Origin: an uncultured Bacillales bacterium
Lineage (GTDB): Bacteria; Bacillota_I; Bacilli_A; RF39; UBA660
Assembly (NCBI GenBank): GCA_947164795.1
Contig: CAMUXV010000003.1
Location: 1-59,012, forward strand
DNA: 59,012 nt
Direction: 5' to 3'
Numbering within the stretch: the stretch's first letter is position 1; each line of letters begins with the position of its first letter. A program made the position numbers and the translations under genes. Shown here in pieces: positions 39,298 to 47,827 of the stretch. The notes under the pieces were generated by a model. That model was not told where the DNA came from. It saw nothing but the letters and a program-made list of their open reading frames with translations, and did no database searches.

Positions 39298-39891
39298 ATG
39301 ATAAAAGAGAAAAACAAAAAAATAACTAAAAAAATAAGACATTACAGAATTATTAATATTATATTATTTGTTATTTTAATAATTGTCGTTATTTTTGCTG
39401 TATATAGACGTTACGATGAAGGTATAATATTTAGTAAACCGGAATTGGATATAGGGCAAAAAGAAATAGACAATACTAATAATGAGCAAGAAAAAAAGGT
39501 AATTAATGATGATTCTTCGAAGGGTGAATTTACATTATATTTAGTAGGAGATTCTTTTGTTGCTCAAAATGGTTCATCATCTTTTAAAGTAAATATTAGA
39601 AATGTAAAAAGTTCTAATCATGATATAGTAGTACGTTTTTTTATATCAAAAGACGAATTAGAGAAACAAGGTATATCTATAAGTGATAATGATTATTTAA
39701 TCGCTGAATCAGGAAGATTTGAACCAGGATATTTTATTGATGAAGTAATATTAAAAAAATTACCAAATGGCATAGTACTTCCCAAGGGTAAGTATAATTT
39801 AACTTTATCTGAGGTTTATTACCATCATAAAACAGGAGTTATATCATCATATGAAGCAAAAATACCTGTTACATTGGAGGTGTTAAACTAA
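39298..39891 (+). CDS. bitopic membrane protein B (N-in TM anchor + extracytoplasmic beta-rich domain)
   Basis: K-rich N-terminus, TM IINIILFVILIIVVIFAVY, about 140-aa C-terminal domain. No family recognised. Confidence 0.5.
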   Translation: MIKEKNKKITKKIRHYRIINIILFVILIIVVIFAVYRRYDEGIIFSKPELDIGQKEIDNTNNEQEKKVINDDSSKGEFTLYLVGDSFVAQNGSSSFKVNIRNVKSSNHDIVVRFFISKDELEKQGISISDNDYLIAESGRFEPGYFIDEVILKKLPNGIVLPKGKYNLTLSEVYYHHKTGVISSYEAKIPVTLEVLN

Positions 39892-40559
39892 TGGAAAAAA
39901 AGAATGATTTGAATCAAAATATAAAAAAAACTAATAATGGTAATTTAAAACTTTCACAATATAAATTAAATAAAATTATAATGATAATATTATTAATATT
40001 AATTGTTATTATTTCAGTATCTAAAATAGTACATTATTTCTGTAATGAAAAAGTGAGTTATGATAAAAGGGCTATAAATATTTCTGAAAGTAATGTTGAT
40101 ATAGAAAAATTATATTTGATGAAATTTAATAGTGAATTAACAGTGACTAGTGAAGAAGTGATTTTTGTAGACTTTAATAATAGTGAAGCAAGTGTTAATT
40201 TTACTTCGGCATCTTCTAATAAAGTTTTAGTAAGAGCTGAAATATTTACTAATGTATCCAATTTAAAGCAAAAACCGACTAAAAAGTTTTGGACAAAATT
40301 ACTATATCCTGAAGATAAAAGATTAGTAAGAATTGGGGATACAGGATGGATTGAGTCTGGTAAAATAATTGAAAAAATAAAACTGGATGAATTACCAAGT
40401 AAAAGTTGTCCAATTACAATACGCTTTACGGCAGTTAATCCTGCTAATACTAATATAAATGCTGGTATGTTTTCGATGAATACTGATTTAGTTATTGTTG
40501 ATTATGAAGGAAATATGCTAGATGAAGATGGCGTATGGAAAAATTTAAATAGTGAATAA
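39891..40559 (+). CDS. bitopic membrane protein C (N-in TM anchor + extracytoplasmic domain)
   Basis: GGAGGTG RBS. The ATG overlaps the stop of B (TAATG). TM IIMIILLILIVIISV. Confidence 0.5.
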   Translation: MEKKNDLNQNIKKTNNGNLKLSQYKLNKIIMIILLILIVIISVSKIVHYFCNEKVSYDKRAINISESNVDIEKLYLMKFNSELTVTSEEVIFVDFNNSEASVNFTSASSNKVLVRAEIFTNVSNLKQKPTKKFWTKLLYPEDKRLVRIGDTGWIESGKIIEKIKLDELPSKSCPITIRFTAVNPANTNINAGMFSMNTDLVIVDYEGNMLDEDGVWKNLNSE

Positions 40560-40584
40560 TATAAAAGAAAGAAAGGAAAATAAA

Positions 40585-41931
40585 ATGAAAAAAAATAAAA
40601 TTTTAACTTTAAGTTTAGCTTCTATGGCATTTTTATTTGCAGGTACTCTTGTAGTTAATGCTGAAGATGCTAGTTCACAAGATGTTGGATTAAATTTAAA
40701 ACCAACAATTACGACAGGAACTGAAACTAAAACGGAAGAATCTGATGATTTAACAAAAATTTGGAATGTAACTTTTAGTACAGATAATTTAGTATGGAAT
40801 GTAAATCAAAATAAAGATGGTGGTTCATACTATTATGAATGGGATGAAGATCATGGTGTTTATAATAGGGTAACTGTGACTCCTGCTAGTTCTACTGCTA
40901 CTACTACTTTAGCAGATGGGGAAAGTGTTAGTAGAACAATAACTATTACTAACAAATCAAATTTCGATGTAACACCTAGTATAGCAATAGCTAATGGTTC
41001 ATATGTTACTGGTTTATTTACTGCAAGTTATTCAGGTGGAACTCTTGCATATGGTAATAATGCTGATGCTAATATAACTATTGATGAGGAAAAATTAGAA
41101 ACAATTGATACTTTGTTATCAGAAAGTGGTATAACAAATACTATAATTGTTGGAAATGCTCCGGCATATTTAGCTGGTACTGCTACTATTAGTTTAAGTT
41201 CTGGTGATATTTATCCAGCAGAAGTAATTTATAATGGAACAACTTCGGAAGAATTCTTAGATACTGCAGAAACGGTTAATCCTGGTCAAACACTTAAATT
41301 AAATAATAGTGTAACATTTGATGAAAATTATTCAGTTACTGTATGGGAAAAAGTCTTTAATTTAGATTTAAATGGTAATACGATTACTACTAATAGTGGT
41401 GTGGATAAAGATTTATCTAATATGGGCTACAAGGCATCTGCTATTACTTATAGCGCTGAAGGCGATATAACTATTTCTAATGGTACAATTACAACTGCTT
41501 ATGGTGCTGGTATTTATTTAGATGAAGTTAATGCTACATTATCTAATTTAAATATTACATCTAATACAGTTGGAGTACAACCAACAGTTGAATATTCATC
41601 AGCAGTACGTTTGACATCAGCTGCAAGTGCAACAATTAATAGTGGTACTTATACTGGTAAGAATGCTATTGCTATCTCAAATAGTGGTGGTGATGTAGTT
41701 ATCAATGGTGGAACATTTAATGGAGACTTATTCTTCAGTAATAATACAAACTCAGGTGTTTCTAAATCATTAACAATTAATGGTGGAACATTTGATGGTA
41801 ATTTTGTAAACTTTGATAAGGGAACTGTAACTATTAATGGTGGAACATTTACTAGTGATCCAACTAATTATATAGGAAGTGGTTGCCATGTAACTGATAA
41901 TGGTAATGGTACTTATACTGTTACAAAATAA
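40585..41931 (+). CDS. secreted protein D: A-like domain + C-terminal parallel-beta-helix-like G-G-T-F repeats
   Basis: Sec signal ...FAGTLVVNAED. IWNVTFSTDNLVWNVNQNKDGGSYYY and ITNKSNFDVTPSIAIA. C-terminal INGGTFNG / INGGTFDG / INGGTFTS repeats. Confidence 0.6.
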   Translation: MKKNKILTLSLASMAFLFAGTLVVNAEDASSQDVGLNLKPTITTGTETKTEESDDLTKIWNVTFSTDNLVWNVNQNKDGGSYYYEWDEDHGVYNRVTVTPASSTATTTLADGESVSRTITITNKSNFDVTPSIAIANGSYVTGLFTASYSGGTLAYGNNADANITIDEEKLETIDTLLSESGITNTIIVGNAPAYLAGTATISLSSGDIYPAEVIYNGTTSEEFLDTAETVNPGQTLKLNNSVTFDENYSVTVWEKVFNLDLNGNTITTNSGVDKDLSNMGYKASAITYSAEGDITISNGTITTAYGAGIYLDEVNATLSNLNITSNTVGVQPTVEYSSAVRLTSAASATINSGTYTGKNAIAISNSGGDVVINGGTFNGDLFFSNNTNSGVSKSLTINGGTFDGNFVNFDKGTVTINGGTFTSDPTNYIGSGCHVTDNGNGTYTVTK

Positions 41932-41972
41932 AATATAAATATGAGTAGTTAAAATAAAAAATGGTATTTAGA

Positions 41973-42012
41973 AAGAACGGTTCTTCTCTGGGTTAACGGA
42001 AGGACCGTTCTT
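41973..42012 (+). terminator. GC-rich 14-bp hairpin after protein D (terminator-like, no adjacent T-run)
   Basis: AAGAACGGTTCTTC-N12-GAAGGACCGTTCTT with 13/14 positions paired. It stands out in AT-rich spacer. Confidence 0.45.
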
Positions 42013-42119
42013 AAATATTAAGAGGTGATGATCTTGAATTCATTATCTCTAATTTAATTAATGGTCTTTTTTTTATTTATAATAATTGGTATAATTATAT
42101 TTAGGAAAGTGAGGTAATT

Positions 42120-43046
42120 ATGGATATTGATGATTTAATTAATAAAGAAGATAATTTGTATATTCCTAAGCATTCACAGACTTTGATGAATAAAAAGAAT
42201 AAAAGAGTTGTTATTGTAAAAAGAAAAAGAAGAGGAGTTAAAAATACATGGGTTATTGTTTTACTTTGTATTTTTGTAATAGTTATTATCTATAGTTTAC
42301 TTAAAATATATATGTGGAATGTCGATAATAACAGGACTACTGATATTACTAAAAAAATAGAAAAAATAACAGATATAAAAGAAATAGAAGATAATTCTTT
42401 TACAGAGTTAGTAGGTGTTGAAGATGATCAAGATAATCCTTACTGGTATTATATTACTTTTCCTTTAATTGATGTTGATATTAGGGAATTAAAAAGTCAA
42501 AATAGTGATACTGTTGGGTGGATTAATGTTAATAATACTAATGTTAATTATCCTTTTGTTCATACTAGCGATAATGATTTTTATTTGAATCATTCTTTTG
42601 ATAAGAGTTATAATGAAGCAGGTTGGTTATTCTTAGATTTTAGAAATGATACTAATTTTAGTGATAGAAATAATATTATTTATGCTCATAGTAGACTCGA
42701 TAAAACAATGTTTGGTTCTCTTAGTAAGGTTCTTAAAAGTGATTGGTATAATAATAAAGATAATCATATTATTAGACTCTCTTTAGAAAATGAGAATACT
42801 TTGTGGCAGATTTTTTCAGTATATACAATAAAATCTGAAACTTATTATATTACTACTAATTTTAATAGCGATAGTGAATATTTGGATTTTTTAGATACAA
42901 TAAAGAATAGAAGTTTATATGATTTTAATGTTAATTTAAGTAAAGACGATAAAATATTAACTCTTAGCACTTGTTACTCTGATACTGAAAGAACTGTAGT
43001 TCATGCTAGGTTAATTAAGAAGAGTAGTAAAAAAATATTGAATTAA
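42120..43046 (+). CDS. srtB: class B sortase (second copy) with long basic cytoplasmic N-terminus
   Basis: DTVGWINVNNTNVNYPFVHTSDNDFYLNHSF, IIYAHSRLDKTMFGSL (His), ILTLSTCYSD (Cys), RTVVHARL (Arg). Extended -10 TGgTATAAT at 42087-42095. Confidence 0.75.
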   Translation: MDIDDLINKEDNLYIPKHSQTLMNKKNKRVVIVKRKRRGVKNTWVIVLLCIFVIVIIYSLLKIYMWNVDNNRTTDITKKIEKITDIKEIEDNSFTELVGVEDDQDNPYWYYITFPLIDVDIRELKSQNSDTVGWINVNNTNVNYPFVHTSDNDFYLNHSFDKSYNEAGWLFLDFRNDTNFSDRNNIIYAHSRLDKTMFGSLSKVLKSDWYNNKDNHIIRLSLENENTLWQIFSVYTIKSETYYITTNFNSDSEYLDFLDTIKNRSLYDFNVNLSKDDKILTLSTCYSDTERTVVHARLIKKSSKKILN

Positions 43047-43093
43047 CATATATTGTGTGATAAAATTGTTATGATAGATAGGTGTTTGTCTTC

Positions 43094-44440
43094 ATGAAAT
43101 ATTTGTTTAATCAAATTATGGGATATAAAAGAATAATAGTTGTTTTAACCTTAGTATTATTACTTTTTGGTTATAAAACTATACGATACTTATGCATTAG
43201 ATGAACAAATGAATGACAATACTTATGCGTTTACCTTATATGGTGATACATCTGTTAGTATACCTGCTAATTCGATAAAAAATATTTATTACGGTATAAG
43301 GAATGTTAATGGTGGTAGTGTAAGATACGGTGTTGGTTATTCTTCTACTAGTACTGTTGTTAGAATATATGATAATTCTATTGATAGTGTCCAAGGATTA
43401 CTTACTGAGAATGCGACAAAGATGGTTAGGTTGCAACTTAAAAATATTGGTGATACTTCTGATACTGTTGTTTTGTCTACAATACTAGGTTATGAAAATG
43501 GTGGTAATTTGATTGTACCAAATGGTGTTCTTTGGTTACTGAAGTAGCTTCTTCTGTTGTTAGAAAGACAGCGGCAGAAGAGATTAGTGAATTATTTGAT
43601 CCTGGTAATGTTACTAAGTCTAATAATGGAAGATCATATCGATATGATGAAACTAATATGTTAATGGAAGATCTTGATGGCAATATAAGATATTTTGGAA
43701 AAAATCCTAGTAATTATGTTTGGCTTGGAGAATACTCTGATTCGCAAAATACAGTAAAAAAATTATATCGTATAGTTGGTGTTTTTGGTGGTAATTTGAA
43801 AATAATAACTAAAGATAGTATTGGTGATCTTTATTTTAGTAAAACATCAGTTAATGGAGCATATAATAAATTTGCTAATTCTGATATTATAAAAATTTTA
43901 AATCCGGATTTTGAAGACGAAGCTTCTAATAATAGTTTATATTGGTATAAACAAAGAGGTACTTGTTCGGGATATGAATGTGCCTTTACTCTAAATGGTT
44001 TAGATAGTACAGTTAGAACTAAAATATTAAAAACTGATTGGTATTTGGGCGGTAATAATGATTCTAGTTCTACTTTTCCAGATCAGTTCTATAATTTAGA
44101 GCGAGCAGGGGATTCAATTAAAGCTTATGTCGGACTAATGTATCCATCGGATTATGGATATGCTGCTAATTTTAATAATTGTACAGTTAATATTTATAAT
44201 TACAACAATTCTAATTGTACAGGTAATAATTGGTTATATACAAGTGGTGTTTATACTTGGACTATTACTCCAAGAACGGGTAGTACAACTAATATATGGT
44301 ATATTTATAATACAGGTTACCTTCGTGATAGAAGCGCGTCTTCATATAGAAGTGCTGTTCGACCAGTATTTTATTTAAAATCTGATGTATATATTGAGGA
44401 TGGAATTGGTACTGAACAGAGGCCATTTAAAATATCATAA
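43094..44440 (+). pseudogene. paralog of the 515-aa secreted protein (14827..16374) broken by two compensating frameshifts
   Basis: Three collinear pieces. ATG 43094 (MKYLFNQIMGYKRIIVVLTLVLLLF, after AGGTG) runs to a stop near 43200. Frame +1 covers 43167..43547 (Ig-like domain). The original frame resumes at 43532..44440 (LYRIVGVF...GLMYPSDYGYAA...TWTITP...VRPVFYLKSD). Confidence 0.6.
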
Positions 44441-44469
44441 ATATCTATTTATTTAGATATTTTTCTTTT
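44439..44469 (+). terminator. rho-independent terminator
   Basis: AAATATCTA-N6-TAGATATTT followed by a T-rich run. Confidence 0.55.
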
Positions 44470-44512
44470 GTTATTTTGTTTTTAATGATATAATTATTTT
44501 GGGTGTTATATT

Positions 44513-45226
44513 ATGCAAAGATATTTTGCTAAGGATTATGATAAGAATTTGATATTGGAAAATAGTGATATTCATCATATTAAGAATGTTATGAGAATGA
44601 AAGAAAATGACATAATTGAGGTAGTCTATGAAAATAAGTTATACATATGTAAAATTAGTTCTTTTGAACCGTTTTCTTTGAATATTGAGAAAATAATTGA
44701 AGAGGAAAATAGTATTGGCCTTGATGTTACTGTAGCGGTAGGTCTCGTTAAGGAACAAAAAATTGATTTAATACTTCAAAAACTCACTGAACTTGGTGTA
44801 AACACTATTATTCCTGTTAATATGGAACATAGTATTGTAAGGTTAGATGATGCTAGATTTAAAAAGAAGAAAGAAAGATGGATAAGTATATGTAAAGAGG
44901 CTAGTGAACAATCAAAAAGGACTAATATTCCGGTAATTAAGGATATTATGAATATTAAAGATTTAGTTAATTTTGATAGTGATATTAAATTAGTGGCCTC
45001 CACTAAAGAGAAGGATAAAATGTTTAATTACTATTTACAAAAAATAGAAAACTATGCTAAAATTATAATAGTAATTGGACCAGAAGGGGGAATTAGTGAA
45101 AAAGAAGAAAACTATTTATATGAAAATGGTTTTGATAGAGTTAGTTTTGGTAATTTAATATTTAGAGTTGAAACTGCTTGTATATATGCAGCATCAATAT
45201 TTAATTATTTTAGTAGTATGAGGTGA
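44513..45226 (+). CDS. rsmE: 16S rRNA (uracil1498-N3)-methyltransferase RsmE
   Basis: MQRYF start, ILQKLTELGVNTIIP, VIGPEGGISEKE, LIFRVETA. Confidence 0.8.
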   Translation: MQRYFAKDYDKNLILENSDIHHIKNVMRMKENDIIEVVYENKLYICKISSFEPFSLNIEKIIEEENSIGLDVTVAVGLVKEQKIDLILQKLTELGVNTIIPVNMEHSIVRLDDARFKKKKERWISICKEASEQSKRTNIPVIKDIMNIKDLVNFDSDIKLVASTKEKDKMFNYYLQKIENYAKIIIVIGPEGGISEKEENYLYENGFDRVSFGNLIFRVETACIYAASIFNYFSSMR

Positions 45227-45231
45227 ATCTG

Positions 45232-46044
45232 ATGAATTTTTATGATAATTTAACTGATAGTGGAGTATTCTTTTTTTGGATTGCTATTATCCTTACAATT
45301 TTTTTATTGGTACTTGCCATATTTTTATTAATAAAAAATAGAAAATTAGCTACTTTATTGAAAGAAGAAAAGAAACCTGAAATTTTTTCTAATAATGATG
45401 ATGATAGTATACATATAGTGGAAGATAATCCTACTGAGGTTGCTGTGAGTGTTGAAGAACCTGAAATTTTTCAAATTGAAGGTAAAAGTGAATATATAAC
45501 TGACCCAAACACTGAATTGATTGAGAATAAAGATGTTAAACGAGAAGAAAATAAATGTATATTTGAAGAAGAAATGCCTAAATTGTTTGAATCTAGTAGC
45601 GATATTAAAAAGAATGATAATTTAAATGAGAGTAATTCAAAACCATATCAAAAAAATATTCTTAGAGAAATGTCTAGGAGGATGCCTACATCTCCTATTC
45701 ATATTGAAAAGCATGATATAACAGATGATGATAAAAATATTTATAATGTGTCTAGCGATTTGGATGGTATCGATTTTGGCGAAAATGATGTATTTCCTTT
45801 AGAGAATATGGAAGATGTTTATGAAGCAGATGACAATATGAAGGAAATTGTATCAAGGATGGAAGAAGAAATTAAACCTTCTAATATTGAACTTACTGAT
45901 TATGAAAAGAAGCAGGAAGAGGAAGCTATTATTAGTTATGAAGAACTAGAAAAAGTTAAGGATAAAATATATAATTTAACTGAGGAAGAAGAAGATGGGG
46001 AGTTTATTGATGAACTAAAGAATTTTAGGCTGGATTTAAGATGA
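45232..46044 (+). CDS. hypothetical N-terminally anchored, highly acidic protein
   Basis: ATG after GAGGTGA. One TM (FFFWIAIILTIFLLVLAIFLLI), then a D/E-rich sequence. Confidence 0.45.
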   Translation: MNFYDNLTDSGVFFFWIAIILTIFLLVLAIFLLIKNRKLATLLKEEKKPEIFSNNDDDSIHIVEDNPTEVAVSVEEPEIFQIEGKSEYITDPNTELIENKDVKREENKCIFEEEMPKLFESSSDIKKNDNLNESNSKPYQKNILREMSRRMPTSPIHIEKHDITDDDKNIYNVSSDLDGIDFGENDVFPLENMEDVYEADDNMKEIVSRMEEEIKPSNIELTDYEKKQEEEAIISYEELEKVKDKIYNLTEEEEDGEFIDELKNFRLDLR

Positions 46045-46069
46045 ACACAGAGTGTTCATCGTTTTTTTT
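46040..46069 (+). terminator. rho-independent terminator overlapping the stop codon
   Basis: GATGAACAC-AGA-GTGTTCATC followed by a T8 run. Confidence 0.65.
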
Positions 46070-46210
46070 ATAAAGAAAGAAGTATTTGTGTGGGTATTTT
46101 TTTTGTCACTTTATGATTTTTTATATATTTTTCATGTGCAACGACGGGCATGCTTTTTTTTCGACATATAATTTTTATGTAGAAGTATATACTTTTAATA
46201 GGTGATAATC

Positions 46211-47221
46211 TTGAAGAAAATGAAATTAAAGGGTACTTCAAAAAAGAAATTGTTTAAATCTTTTATTCGTATTATTATTTTATATTTGGTCTTTTCTATT
46301 ACTTTTTATTATTCTCTAAAAAATAGTAATAATATTAATAATTCTAAGTTTATTAATTTTTTATTAGAGGGTGGTAATAGTCATTTACTGGGAGATTATA
46401 AATTAATTGATATAGTTAATTCTAGTACTAATTATTTATTTAGTATTGATTTTAAAAAACCTAGCACAATCTTTAACACTAGTATATTAAGAGGTGAAAC
46501 ATCTAATATCGAATTAGAACATGATGATGATTATAGTAATTTAGAAGAACTAAAAAAAATTAGTTCTTATATTGAAGATCCTAATCCAGTTGATATTAAT
46601 AATCCTATTGTTTATATTTATAATTCTCATCAATTGGAAAATTATAATAATTTTAATTTAGATATATATGGAATTACTCCTAATGTATTAATGGCTTCTT
46701 ATTTACTTAAAGAAAAGCTTAATAGCAAGGGTATATCTACAATAGTTGAGGATGCTAATTTAACTGAATTTTTATCTATAAATGGGTGGAATCATGCTAG
46801 TTCTTATAAAGCTTCTAGAATATTTATTTTAGATAAAAAAAATAAATATAGTTCACTTAAATATTTTATTGATATTCATAGAGATTCAGTAGGTAGAAGT
46901 AGTACTACTACTAGTATTGGTGGGAAAGATTATGCTAAAATTTTATTTGTGATTGGACTTGAACATGATAACTATAAATCTAATTTAAAGACTGTTGAAG
47001 AGGTTAATAGTTTAGTTAATAAGTATTATCCTTCTTTATCAAAAGGAATATTAAAAAAGGAGGGAATAGGGGTAGATGGTATTTATAATCAAGATATTAG
47101 TCCGAATAGTATCTTAATTGAAGTTGGTGGAGTAGATAATAATATTGATGAAGTATTAAATACTATAGAGGCTTTATCTAATATATTGTTCTATTATATT
47201 AGTGGTGATAATAATGGATAA
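46211..47221 (+). CDS. spoIIP: stage II sporulation protein P
   Basis: TTG 6 nt after AGGTGA. N-terminal TM. VYIYNSHQLENY, IDIHRDS, AKILFVIG, ILIEVGGVDNNIDE. Confidence 0.75.
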   Translation: MKKMKLKGTSKKKLFKSFIRIIILYLVFSITFYYSLKNSNNINNSKFINFLLEGGNSHLLGDYKLIDIVNSSTNYLFSIDFKKPSTIFNTSILRGETSNIELEHDDDYSNLEELKKISSYIEDPNPVDINNPIVYIYNSHQLENYNNFNLDIYGITPNVLMASYLLKEKLNSKGISTIVEDANLTEFLSINGWNHASSYKASRIFILDKKNKYSSLKYFIDIHRDSVGRSSTTTSIGGKDYAKILFVIGLEHDNYKSNLKTVEEVNSLVNKYYPSLSKGILKKEGIGVDGIYNQDISPNSILIEVGGVDNNIDEVLNTIEALSNILFYYISGDNNG

Positions 47222-47537
47222 GAAAAAATTTATTAAAATTATATTTATTATCTTATTTTTAGCTTTTGTAGTATCATATGTTATAGAGGAAAGTGGCTAC
47301 TACGAATATAATTTACAAAATAGAACTATTCTTACTAATGATTCAATGAAAAAATTTGAGAAAGATGTTAGTGAAGGAAAAGATGTTACACTAGAGGATT
47401 ATGCAGTTTCTACTTCTAAGGATTATACTAATTCTTTTACTAAGAGAACTAATAAAGTTTCTATTGGTGTTAATAAAATATTAAAAAAAGGAATTGAATA
47501 TTTATTTAGATTACTTGGAAGTTTTGTTAAAGAATAA
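47214..47537 (+). CDS. YqxA-like small membrane-anchored protein
   Basis: Located immediately after spoIIP, as yqxA is in B. subtilis. N-terminal TM. The call is by position only. Confidence 0.35.
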   Translation: MDKKKFIKIIFIILFLAFVVSYVIEESGYYEYNLQNRTILTNDSMKKFEKDVSEGKDVTLEDYAVSTSKDYTNSFTKRTNKVSIGVNKILKKGIEYLFRLLGSFVKE

Positions 47538-47590
47538 TTAATATTGTATTTTTTATATTTTTTTGATAGAATATACTTGTGGTGATAATA

Positions 47591-47827
47591 ATGGATAACA
47601 AAAAGATAGAAGAAAAAATATTAGATGTTTTAGATAGAATTAGACCTTATTTAGAAAATGATGGTGGTTCTGTTAAGTTTAACAGATATGAAAATGGTGT
47701 AGTATATGTTTCTATGACTGGAGCTTGTTCTAATTGTGAGCTTGCTTCTTATACATTAGAGGATGGTATAGAGAGTGCTCTAATTAATGAAGTTCCTGAA
47801 GTTATTAAGGTTGTAAATGAGGATTAG
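47591..47827 (+). CDS. NifU-like (Nfu C-terminal domain) Fe-S cluster protein
   Basis: VLDRIRPYLENDGGSVKF...VYVSMTGACSNCELASYTLEDGIE (CxxC). Confidence 0.75.
   Translation: MDNKKIEEKILDVLDRIRPYLENDGGSVKFNRYENGVVYVSMTGACSNCELASYTLEDGIESALINEVPEVIKVVNED

Noticed and set aside
38286-44469. Considered annotating the dnaJ-rsmE block as a genomic island or mobile element.
   Set aside because: There is no integrase, recombinase, transposase, tRNA target or flanking direct repeat visible, and no obvious compositional shift by eye. It is kept as a finding, not as a mobile_element feature.
46160-46166. TTCGACA (0A-box complement) upstream of spoIIP, and again at 58606-58612 after comEB.
   Set aside because: Both sit within the T-run or loop of terminator hairpins. 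The 7-mer is expected several times by chance at this composition, and spoIIP is sigma-E/F dependent in model organisms.
47202-47598. 20-nt perfect direct repeat GTGGTGATAATAATGGATAA at 47202-47221 and 47579-47598, flanking the yqxA-like gene.
   Set aside because: Both copies are simply an RBS (GGTGA) plus ATG-GAT-AA start contexts of adjacent genes. The spoIIP-yqxA order is ancestral, so an insertion or duplication scar is unlikely. The chance-plus-constraint explanation is preferred, although the match is longer than expected.
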